Shown here: piece after piece, positions 26,913 to 37,838 of the stretch | Layout of the letters: each line of letters starts with the position of its first letter | How positions within the stretch are numbered: the first letter of the stretch is position 1 | Source: the human T2T-CHM13v2.0 reference genome, Homo sapiens | Assembly (NCBI RefSeq): GCF_009914755.1 | Contig: NC_060943.1 | Length of the DNA stretch: 64,000 nt | Reading direction: 5' to 3' (one strand) | Made by a program: the position numbers and the translations under genes | The notes under the pieces: generated by a model | Seen by the model: the letters and a program-made list of their open reading frames with translations, nothing else | What the model was told of the DNA's origin: nothing | Databases searched by the model: none

Positions 26913-27978
26913 TGTTTTTAACTCTTGGGATGAATCCACACATTGAGAAGCATTTTCACAGAGAGCTTGTGTCTAGTGTTTATCATGGGATATTTGGTTT
27001 TTGACTATCAGCCTCAATGTGTGCTAAAATGTCCCTTCACATATTCTAAAAAAAAGGGTATTTCCAACCTGGTCAATCAAAACGCAGGTTACATTACAGA
27101 AGATGAATCCACACATCACAAAGCATTTTTACAGAGAGGTTGTTTCTAGTTTTTAATCATGGGATATTCAGTTTTTCACTATTGGCTTCAATGGGCTCAG
27201 AAATGTTCCTTTGTAGATCCTACAAAAATAAAGTTTCCCATTTGGTGAGTTAAAAAGCAGGTTCCATTAGGTGAGATGAATTCACATATTGTAATGCATT
27301 TTCACAGAGAGCTTATTTCTCATAAAAAATTGCAGGATAGTCAGTTTTTCACAATGGGCCACAATAATGTCATAAATATCCCTTCGTAGATACTACAAAA
27401 GGAGTGTTTACAACCTGCTGAATCAAAACACAACTTTTATTAAGTACAATAAATTCACACACTACAAAGCCATTTTCAACAGATAGCTTGTTTCTCGTTT
27501 TTAAGGTGGGATATTCAGTTTTTCACTATAGGTCCCAGTGGGCTCAGAAATGTCACTTCATAGATTCTACAAAAACAGTGTTTCCAATCTGGTGACTCAA
27601 AACACTGGTTCCATTCAGTAAGATTAATCCATATATCACAAAAGATTTTAACAGAGAGCTTGTTTCTAGTTGTTATCACAAAATATTCGGTTTTTCAATA
27701 TAGGCTTCAAAGAGTTCAAAAATGTACGTTCTTAGATTCTACAAGAAGAGGGTTTCCTACCTGGTGAATCATTACATAGACTCAATTCAGTGAGATGAAT
27801 CCACATATCACAAATCATTTTCACAGATAGATTGTTTCTAGTTTGTATCCAGGGTTTTTTGTTTTTTGTTTTTTTTTTACTGTAGGCCCCAATAGACTCA
27901 GAAATGTCTCTTCATAGGTTCTGCAGATGTTCCCAACCTATTCAATCAAAATGAAGCTTTAACTCTGTGAGGTGAATC
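26115..27978. repeat. Alpha satellite, block 2b (~11 monomers between the L1 and the provirus)
   Basis: 171-bp period; includes an A30 tract at 26880-26909. Confidence 0.93.
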
Positions 27979-29048
27979 TATTGGGGAACCTGCCCTGATA
28001 GGCACATAGGTTCTTTTCTATTTTCCCTAAGCTTCAGCCAGCTTGAGAAATAAAGGGACAAAGTACAAAAGAGAGAAACTTTAAACCTGGGCATCCAGGG
28101 GAGACAACACATGTGGGTAGGTTCCAGGATGCCCCACAAGCCGTAAAACCAGCAAATTTTTGTTAGGGAGTTTCAAAACGGGAGGGAGTATATGAATAGG
28201 TGTGGGTCACAGACACCAAGTACTTCACAAGGTAATAGAATATTACAAGGCAAATAAAGGCAGGGTGAGATCACAGGACCACAGGACCAGGGTGAAATTA
28301 AAATTGCTGATGAAGTTTCTGGCACCACTGTCATTGATAAGATCTTGTCAGGAGACAGGTTTTGAGAGCAACCGTTCTGACTAAAATTTATTAGGCAGGA
28401 ATTTCCTCTTCCTAATAAGCCTGGGAGTGCTATGGGAGACTGGGTCTATTTCACCCCTGCAGTCTACAGACCATAAAAGACAGGCATTCCTGGGGGTCCG
28501 TCTATAGACCTATACCACCAGGCATGTATTCTCTTTCCCAGGGATGTTCTTTGCTGAGAAAAAGAATTCAGCAATATTTCTCCCATTTGCTTTTGAAAGA
28601 AGAGAAATGTGGCTCTGTTCCACCTGGCTCACCAGTGGTCAGATTTTAAGGTTATCTCTCTTATTCTCTGAACAATTGCTGTTATCCTGTTCTTTTTTCA
28701 AGGTGCCCAGATTTCATATTTGTTCAAACACACATGCTCTACAATTTGTGCAGTTAACGCAATTATCACATTGTTCTGAGGCAACATACATCTTCCTCAG
28801 CTGACAGGATTAAGAGATTAAAGTAAAGACAGGCATAGGAAATCACAAGGGTATTGATTGGGGAAATGATAAGTGTCCATGAAATCTTCACAATTTATGT
28901 TTAGAGATTGCAGTAAAGACAGGCATAAGAAATTTTAAAAGTATTAATTAGGTGAAATAATAAATGTCCATGAAATCTTCACAATCCACATTCTTCAGCC
29001 ATGGCTTCAGCTGGTTCCTCCATTTGGGGTCCCTGACTTCCCACAACA
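27979..29048 (-). mobile_element. 3' LTR (MER11, most like MER11C), 1070 bp
   Basis: Minus strand reads TGTTGTGGGAAGTCAGGGACCCCAAATGGAGG...GCAGGTTCCCCAATA; homologous to 36766-37838. Confidence 0.9.
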
Positions 29049-29065
29049 TCTCTCCCTTTCTTTTT
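29049..29065 (-). promoter_or_regulatory. Polypurine tract
   Basis: AAAAAGAAAGGGAGAGA on the minus strand immediately before the 3' LTR. Confidence 0.85.
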
Positions 29066-29104
29066 ATATAAATGTGCCATGGTGATGAAGGCTTGTTCGT
29101 TCTC

Positions 29105-31169
29105 TCAATTTTGATGCAGGATTCTTTGACTGGTCTGGCACACTAAAAACAAGCCGATTAAACAGAGAAACATAATTCCAAAATTTACTACAGTGGAGCC
29201 CCCAATAAACTTAATCCAAGTTGTGGGCTTTAATCCATAAAGATTTTCTGCCACCTGATCTAACACCTCAGCTCCAGGCAGAATGGATAAGTGAGCTTGA
29301 GAGGATTCAAAAATTTGTTTCTTTAATTTAGTTGTGTCCAATGATAAATTATCTTCCCTACCTAGAAGGTGTCCTTTGACCGTTTCCCATGAATGATCAG
29401 TCTCATTATAGGAATATGGGGTGATGCAGAAATCCAAAGTATTCCACTGGCACTGCATTTGCATGCAATGTTCGAAACTCACTACCCAATCTCCAAGCCA
29501 AATAACAGACTGTTTTAAATCATTAATTTGATTTGCCAATTTTTGATCAATGCCTTGTTAAGAATTCCACATTTGGGTGGAATTGGCTTGCCAATCATTA
29601 ACAAAATAAGCCGTTTGAATGGATTGGTGTAATGCCATTCCGGCAGTGGTGGTCATTGCAGTGACTGTAATTAGGCCCATGATAACAGTGATCAAAGTGA
29701 AAACAAATCTCTTGGACCTTTTTAGAATTCGCTGTCGCACTTCATTAATTAAATGTATTGAGGGGGAGGATTCCCAAGGTCTAGGTAAAGTTACTGGAAT
29801 CCAGATTCCTTCTTAAGATCGAACCAATATTATGCTTCTCTTGGAGTCAAAATGGGAGTTAATACAAAGGTATAGATGACAATTAATGCATTGGACAGTT
29901 TGATTATTCGTCCAAATTTTGATATTTCCTACTAACAGCATGTAAGGGGGCTTAACACAACTCTGTATGGGAATAGTCAGGTTGGAGGTAAGTAAAGCAG
30001 AATGTCTCGTTCTACGTTGATAAGGAGAGAGTGGGACAGTAGTGGGAAAAACAGTCAGAAGAGTTTTCCTTTCCCATACTTGCAGTCCAGACATGGCAAT
30101 AGCCAATTTCCAAAGTTCTGGGTGTTCAGGCTCAGAATGGGGAGTATCATACGAGGCCTGGGTGGGGGATAATGCCTTTATCTTCCCATTTTAAGGGAAA
30201 GCATAAGCTGATCCTCCTATGCAAAGTAGAATGATGATTCTTGTTCTCCCAATAAGAAAAAAAATAAGTAGCCTCCAGGCATTCCCTTCCACCAGAGGAG
30301 CAATTGTTTTTTAAATAGCCCTTTGGTGCCCAGCCTATTATTAAACCATATGAGTCATTTTTTAATATTACTGCATGTGAGTTAACACAATCTTCCCAAA
30401 TTAAAGTTTTAGATGGGCCCTCAAAATTTTTAGGGCACGATTTTCCTGCAGGTTTATATTGAAAGTATGGGGTATCTCCCATTATTCTTCCTTTCATTTG
30501 TTTTAAAGGAGAAAGAGAGAGGCCAGAGACCAAATGTCCTGTTTTATCTGTAGTTGATCTTTCCGGAAGATAAGCAGCCTAGACTTGAGTTTCCAGATGG
30601 ATGCAACCAGGTGCATGTCTGAGGCACAGAGACGGGTATTTACAACCCATGGTAACATTAAATGCAGTGCCTTCTTCTCCTGGTTGAGCAGGGCAACGGT
30701 CATCTGTGGCTCCAGGCAGTCACACACTATCGTTAGTGTAGATTTGTGCAGGAGCATCTACCCTGGTGAGAGGTCGAATAAGTGGAGGAAGAGGCACATA
30801 AGCCCAATAAGAATAATTATGTGTAGCAGGTAAATCAGTGTGAGAGGAAACTGGTGAGACAGAAAGTATAAGGAGGAGAATCATTAAATAAAACCTAGTG
30901 TAAATGAGATTGAAGGCTGAAGGAGGAAGAGAAGAACAGAGGGATGTTATTTTCAGGCTAATAGAAATGGTGAGATTTTTAGGTTTGTAAGGAGAAAAAG
31001 AAAGGTAATCAGGAGAAGTGGGATTAGTTAGATGGGTCTCCATTGCCATCAGGGAGGATTGATTTAAATCCATTGTGATTTGGTGTGCCTTTTTCTGAGC
31101 AGTTGGCACAGATCTTACCACTTCTGAAGGTAGTCTCTGACACAGACGTCTTTTCTCTGTGGTTTTCAT
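29105..31169 (-). pseudogene. env: HML-8 env, disrupted
   Basis: Long signal peptide, SU start [16 protein letters not shown], furin site RSKR followed by fusion peptide [12 protein letters not shown], and TM LKQSVIWLGD...C..DFCITP. Several stops and frameshifts. Confidence 0.92.
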
Positions 31170-33706
31170 TGTCAGTGTTCACCCGAAGCTTGAATCTTCT
31201 GGTGGGTTCCCAGACAGGGGATTGATGATCTCCTGGTGAAACCAGGCATATCCTCTTCCCTACGTTATAATTGTGCCAGATTCCCAGGTATTGGCTTGGG
31301 AGTTTTTCCATAACACTGGTTTGCCTTCGTTTAAGGAAAATTTTTTGCCTGTATAATGGCGTTCAGCTGCAGTTAGAGTATTATCTTTAGAAACATTTAA
31401 AAAAATTAAAGTAAACAATGCCAAATGTAATTGGGAGTGGGGAGTAGTTAAATCATGTTTAGGTTGTTCAGACTGTTTGGACAATTGGGTTTTTAAAGTG
31501 TGATTGGCCCGTTCCACCACAGCCTGTCCCTGAGGATTGTAAGGGATTCCAGTAATATGGGAAATTCCCCACTGTTGCATAAATGAATCAAAAGCCTTAC
31601 TAACATATCCAGGGACATTGTGTCTTTATTTGATATGGAAGCCCCATAACTGCAAAGCAAGAATACAGATTTTTTTTAACATAGGCCCTGCCTTCCCCTG
31701 TTTGGCAAGTAGCCCAGATAAAACCTGAGAAGGTATCTGCAGAGACATGCACATATGACAGTATGCCAAAGGAGCTAACATGAGTCACATCCATTTTCCA
31801 TAAAGCATTAGGAGTTAGGCCTCTAGGATTAACACAAGGTTCCTGATTTGGAAGTACGAAGACCTGGCACTGAGAGCAGCCGTGAACAATAAACTTAGCC
31901 TGTTTCCAGGTAAGAGCAAATTTATCTTTTAATCCAGCGGCATTGACATGAGTGAGATTATGGAACTCCTGAGCTTCTTGGGTTGTAAAAGAGACCAAAC
32001 AGTTGACTTTATGGTTACCAGCAGACATGGGTCCTGGTAAAGTGGTATGAGACCCAATATGTGTAATATAGAAAGGGTGTCTACGTTGGTGAACCACCTG
32101 TTGTAACCTTGAAAATAAAGAAGCCAATTCAGAATTATCAATGTGTTTGATAGCAGCAGTTTCTATATTTTTAGTGGCATGTACAACATAAGCAGAATCT
32201 GAGACAATATTTAAAGGTTTGAGGAAATCCTGTAAGGCAGTAATCACAGCAATTAACTCCACCTTTTGAGCAGAAGCATAAGAGGTAGAAATAAGTTTGT
32301 CTGTAGGACCTATGTAACCAGCATTGCCATTACTGGAGCCATCAGTGAACACTGTAATGGCCTCAGGAATGGGTTGATCTTTGGTTAATTGAGGAACCAC
32401 CCAAGACGTCATTTATATAAAAATCAAACAATTTGTTTTTTGAATAATGATTGTCAATAACGCCAATAAAATCAGCCAAGTGAATTTGCCACAGTACAGA
32501 ATGTTGAAAGGCAGATTGAACTTCAAGCCAATTTAAAGGAAGTACAATTACATTTGGATCAAATCTAGAAATTTGAAGTATTCTACACTGAGCCTGCCCA
32601 ATTAATATGGCTATTTGGTCTACATAAACAAAGTTTTGGACATAGAATGAGGAAGGAAACGCCACTCCATTAAATCATTATGTTGAACTATTAGTCCAGT
32701 AGGGGAGTGTGATGAAGCAAAAAACAGAAACTGAAAAGGCTGAAACGGCTGTACTCTAGATAACTGGGAGGTCTGAATTCTTTCCTCTATGAATTCCAGT
32801 TCTAGTAAAGCCTCAGGGGTCAAAGTCCCGGGGCTGTGGAGATCGGAATCTCCCCACAGCATAGAGAACAAGTTACACAGCGCATAAGTTGGAATGCCTA
32901 AAGTAGGTTTTAAATAATTTACGTTACCCAAAAGGTTTTGAAAGTCATTTAAAGTGTTTAAAGAATCTCTCCTAATTTGAAATTTTTGAGGTTGAATACA
33001 TTGTTTATCGATCACCATTCCTAAATATTGAACAGGAGTGATCTGTTGAATTTTATCCTGAGCGACGTGTAATCTAGCCTCTGTAACACAGTGGCTTAAA
33101 ATGTGGTAACAGTCAATTAATTCTTTATCATTGGGGGCAGCAATTAAAATGTCATCAATATAATGAAGAATATACACCTCAGGAAATTGGGCTTGAACTG
33201 GTGAAAGCTCTTGTCCAACATAAAGCTGGCAGATTGTAGGGCTATTTAGCATTCCCTGAAGAAGTACTTTCCAACAATTATGAGCTGCAGGCTCCTGATT
33301 ATTGATAGATGGTACAGTAAAAGCAAATTTTTCACAATCCGATTTATGTAAAGCAATATGAAAAAAAGCAATCTTTAAGATCAATAACTATGAGAGGCCA
33401 ATTTTTAGGTATTAGAGCAGGGGCAGGCAAGCCAGGTTGGACGGCCCCCATAGGTTTAATTACAGTGTTAATGGCCCTTAAATCAGTTACCATCCGCCAT
33501 TTGCCTGATTTCTTTTTTACTAGAAACACAGGAGAATTCCAAGGGGAAAGAGAAGGTTCCACATTTCCAAGTTGCAACTGCTCAGAAACCAATTGATTTA
33601 AATCTCCCAGTTTTTCTTTAGAAAGCGGCCACTGCTGAACCCAAACAGGTGTGTCAGATTTCCATTGCAAAGGAATAGGATCAGGAGGCGCGGCAGCAGC
33701 TGCCAC
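31024..33706 (-). pseudogene. pol: HML-8 pol (RT, RNase H, integrase), frameshifted
   Basis: [43 protein letters not shown], RNase H VFTDGS, integrase H-H-C-C, WKMDVTH and GQAVVERAN across several frames. Confidence 0.95.
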
Positions 33707-34539
33707 TAAAAAGGATAACCTAAACCAGCCCTGTTTTCTTTTATAGTAACTGGGAGGGGTTTACTAATCCCCTCGTGCTGTGGTCTGAGACCGAGTCCAG
33801 GAACAAACCCCATATTTTCCATCATATGCTGACTGGGAGCATTATAAGAGTTACGTGGAATATTAATTTCAGCCCGCCATTGTGCCAGTAAATCTCTACC
33901 CCAAAGATCAATGGGAATTGGCATGATATAGGGCTGAATTTTACCCTTTTGACCATCAGGGCCAGTGCAAGGCAAAATAAATGTGCTCTCATAAACTTCC
34001 TTGGCCTTTCCAACACCTACTAGTCCCATGTTAGTGGGATGTTTAAGCCAAGAGGAAGGCCATAAACTAGAGGAAATAAGAGAAACATCACCACCAGTAT
34101 CTACTAAGCCCTCAAACTTTCTTCCTTCAATGTGTATGGTGCAGGTGGGCTGTTGTTTAGCAATTACATTAATCCAATAAGCGGCCTTTTCACTGCCAGA
34201 GCCCATCCCAGGGCCATGTGTCTTATCTCCTTTGTTTAAAATGATATTAGGTAGTAAAAGCAATTGAGCAATTGACTCACCAGCCAGAATGGAAACAGGA
34301 ACCTTGGCAGACACAATTAATTTAATCTCGTCAACGGAATCAGATTTAATGAGACCAGTTTGAATGGTGACTCCCTTAGCAGAGGTGGATGCTCTACCTA
34401 ACACCCGGCCCACCGAACCTTGAGATAAAGGGCCAGTGACCCCCGTGGGGACAATCAAGGGCAAAGAATCAGGAAGTAAATTCAGAGGAATAGTACTACA
34501 GATATCAACCATCCCACCTCCTACTGTGGAGGTTGACAA
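33706..34539 (-). pseudogene. pro: HML-8 pro: degenerate dUTPase, aspartic protease and G-patch; 277 open codons
   Basis: GLVDTGGDVS active site, WGRDLL, G-patch-like MMENMGFVPGLGL, and dUTPase-like VPTG..GP and GLIKSD. Confidence 0.92.
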
Positions 34540-36610
34540 GCATTGTAGTGAGACAGAAGGAGAAGCTGGGACCCATTTGGTTTTGCTGTAGGTAGATTTG
34601 TTTGTGCTAGGGGTTGCATTGGGACTGCCTGAAGTGGAAACACAATGTTGGTCTTAGTTGGAAGTGTCCCGTTTGATGCTGGGACCTGGGACTAGCCCCA
34701 CTCCCTATTTCCCTGTCACTGTGGTAGGGGGTTTCCATCTATATCATACTTAGAGTGGCAAATATTTGCCCAAACTTTACCTTTGCGACAACGTGGGCAA
34801 ACAGTAGGAGCAACATTTGGCCATGTTTGTTGAACTGGCTTGGCCTCTTGTAAGTTTTTAACAGTGCAATTTTTTCAAATATGACCAAGTTGGCCACAAT
34901 TATAGCAGGCTCCAAGAGAAGAATTAATGGGACCAGTTTGGTTGGTGTCCTTCATGGCCCGTGCCCACAGAATAGCTTTGTGGGTGTCTGATCCAATGCC
35001 TTCACAAACTTTAATATATGCAGGCAACACGTGATCAGGTAAATTTTGTTGTTGGACAGAACGCATGGCCAATTTACATTCAGGGATTGCATTTTCAAAA
35101 GCTAATATACGAAGGAGAATGCCTTGAGCGTGCTTCATCAGAGACAGATTTTTTCAACAGCATCTTGTAATTTAGCTAAAAAATCAGGGAATAATTCAGA
35201 GTGACCTTGTTTAACTATGGTAAAAGAAACAGGAGCTTGGCCTGGAATGCGTAATTTATTCCAAGCTCTCATACACACCTTTGTTACTTGTTCTGTGATA
35301 AAGGCATCAAAGTTTAATTGGGCATAAGCATCAGAGAAATTATCGGAGCCTGTGAGCTGAGCCTGAGTAATTAGAATGCCATTACTCATATTTAGCTGAG
35401 CCTGCAAACAGGCCTCCTCTGACCACCAGGTACAGAATTGTAAATGCTGACATGGGGTTAGAACAGCTTTTGCCAAAAGGTCCCAATCTAAAGGAAGTAA
35501 AGTGACCTCAGTACAAAAAGTTTGTAAAACTATCTTAACGTAAGGAGAAGTAGGACCATACTGAGTACAAGCATCCTTAAATTCTTTTAAAAAGGTAAGA
35601 TTAAGAGGTACATAAAGATGCATTTGTAACCCTTGGAAGTTAGGTGGATCTAGCACAACCAGAGAAGTCCATTCATCTAATCCACTTATTTCTTTGTTTT
35701 GGCATAATAAGCATTGCATTGAAGTTTCAAGAGTAGGCATCTGAGATGGAGTCGGCATGGAAGTGACAGGAAAAGCATGTGTAGTTAAGGGAAACTGAGG
35801 GTGAGAGGGTCGGACCAGGATGAGAATGTGAGAAAGAGGCATTGGGGGAGCAGAACGAGCAGAAGTATACTGGTGATTACTGGTGTTCAAGTGTGAAGAA
35901 GGGTATAGAGAAGCAATCTGAGTGGATGGTAAAGTGACTGGTTGAGGAAACGAAACGACAGGAGGGTGAGGGGCTGAAGTGTATGGTGGGAGGGCCTGGA
36001 GAATGATAGGTAAATTGTAGTTTGGTCCTGGAGCCATTAGCTGACTTCAGAGATTTGAAGAGAGAAGAATTAGCATACCTGTGGTACTGGGCTGTGTGCT
36101 TTGCAGCCGTGGGAGTTTCAAGTACTGGCTCTTCATGAAATTCGTGAAAAGAAGATAAGTAGGGGGTAACTTTAAACCAAAGTCACCATAGTTAGACATA
36201 GAATTTTCAGCATCATTAGGTGGGGGAGGAGTAGCCAAAGGGAGAGTCTGATCAGATGGGGGCCCTGTGGGAGAGGAAGGCTGAGGGAAAGGTGGAGGAT
36301 CTGAGGAAAAGGCAGAAAACTGTGGCAACTGCAGGGGGTCACGAGATCCACACACCACTAAGACAGCAGGTACCAACCACCCCAAACAGTGACAGGAACA
36401 TAATACCCTGCTGAGACCAGCTACCAGAATGCTGTACCAACACAATCCCACACTTTTACATCTATGGTTCCTTTTTCAGGAAACCAAGGACAGAACCACT
36501 GCCCTGAATAGAGTGACCATATTTTCCATGGTTACTCGGACACTGCCCTGTTTTAACAGGAGTTTAATATAGCAGATATAAGTATGATGCTTAGACTCTG
36601 CATGACCCAT
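34521..36610 (-). pseudogene. gag: HML-8 gag, disrupted
   Basis: ATG at 36610 (MGHAESKH), capsid ACTQYGPTSPY, MHR VKQG..E.FPDFLAKLQDA, zinc knuckle CYNCGQLGH, degenerate second knuckle [12 protein letters not shown], and end NACQPPQ*. Confidence 0.9.
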
Positions 36611-36745
36611 AGTTAACCCAGACCATACATAGACTACTCATCACTCATCAGGGATTCTAACAAGTGTATCTGTGGACCAAGCCGATGACGTTTCACCACA
36701 CCTACCAAAGGGAATCGGGTTCCCTCATGCACTTAGGAAAAAAGA

Positions 36746-36765
36746 AAGACAATGTGTGTGCTAGA
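36746..36765 (-). promoter_or_regulatory. Degenerate primer-binding-site position
   Basis: TCTAGCACACACATTGTC directly follows the 5' LTR; too decayed to assign a tRNA. Confidence 0.45.
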
Positions 36766-37838
36766 TATTGGGGAACCTGCCTCAATAGTCACGTATGTTC
36801 TTTCCTATATTCCCTAAGCATTGGCCAGTTTGAGAAATAAAGTGACAGAGTACAAAAGAGAGAAATTTTAAAGCTGGGCGTCCGGGGTAGACATCACGTA
36901 TTGGTAGGTTCCATGATGCCCCACAAGCTGTAAAACCAGCAAGGTTTTATTAAGGCGTTTCAAAAGGAGAGGGAGTACACGAATAGGTGTGGGTCACGAA
37001 CATCAAGTACTTCACAAGGTAATAGAATATCACAAGGCAAATGGAGGCAGGGCGAGATCACAGGACCACAGGACCGTGGTGAAATTAAAATTGCTAATGA
37101 AGTTTTGGGCACCATTGTCATTGATAACATCTTATTAGGAGAAAGGGTTTTGAGAGCAACCGGTCTGACTAAAATTTATTAGACAGGAATTTCCTCTTCC
37201 CAATAAGCCTGGGAGCACTATGGGAGACTGGGGTCTATTTCATCCCTGTAGTCTACAGACCATAAAAGAGGGGCACGCACAGGGGGGCCATCTATAGACT
37301 TATACCCCTGGGTGCATATTCTCTTTCCCAGGGATGTTCCTTGCTGAGAAAAAGAATTCAGCAATATTTCTCCTATTTGCTTTTGAAAGAAGAGAAATAT
37401 GGCTCTGTTCCATCTGGCTCACCAGCAGTCAGAGTTTAAGGTTATCTCTCTTATTCCCTGAACAATTGCTCTTATCGTGTTCTTTTTTCAAGGTGCCCAG
37501 ATTTCATATTTGTTCAAACACACATGCTCTACAGTTTGTGCAGGTAACACAATTATCACATTGTCCTGAGGCAACATACATCTGCCTCAGCTGACAGGAC
37601 TAAGAGATTAAAGTAAAGACAGGCATAGGAAATCACAAGGGTATTGATTGGGGAAATGATAAGCGTCCATGAAATCTTCACAATTTATGATTAGAGATTG
37701 CAGTAAAGACACGCATAAGAAATTATAAAAGTATTAATTTGGTGAACTAATAAATGTCCATGAAATATTCACAATCCACATTCTTCTGCCATGGCTTCAG
37801 CCAGTCCCTCCATTTGGGGTCCCTGACTTCCCACAACA
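36766..37838 (-). mobile_element. 5' LTR (MER11, most like MER11C), 1073 bp
   Basis: Direct repeat of 27979-29048; AATAAA on the minus strand at 36946-36951. Confidence 0.9.

Larger units (their letters stand above)
27979..37838 (-). mobile_element. Full-length HERV-K11 (HML-8) provirus, LTR-gag-pro-pol-env-LTR, 9860 bp
   Basis: Two ~1.07-kb direct LTRs and a perfect 6-bp TSD TGAATC (27973-27978 and 37839-37844). Betaretroviral gag, dUTPase-protease, pol and env remnants are present. Confidence 0.93.

Noticed and set aside
28820-28990. ~90-bp tandem duplication in LTR U3
   Set aside because: It is present in both LTRs and, as I recall, is part of the MER11 consensus, so it is not locus-specific.
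28544-37594. Paired 86-aa ORFs (28544-28804 and 37334-37594) conserved in two places
   Set aside because: They are antisense frames within the two LTRs; the similarity follows from LTR homology.
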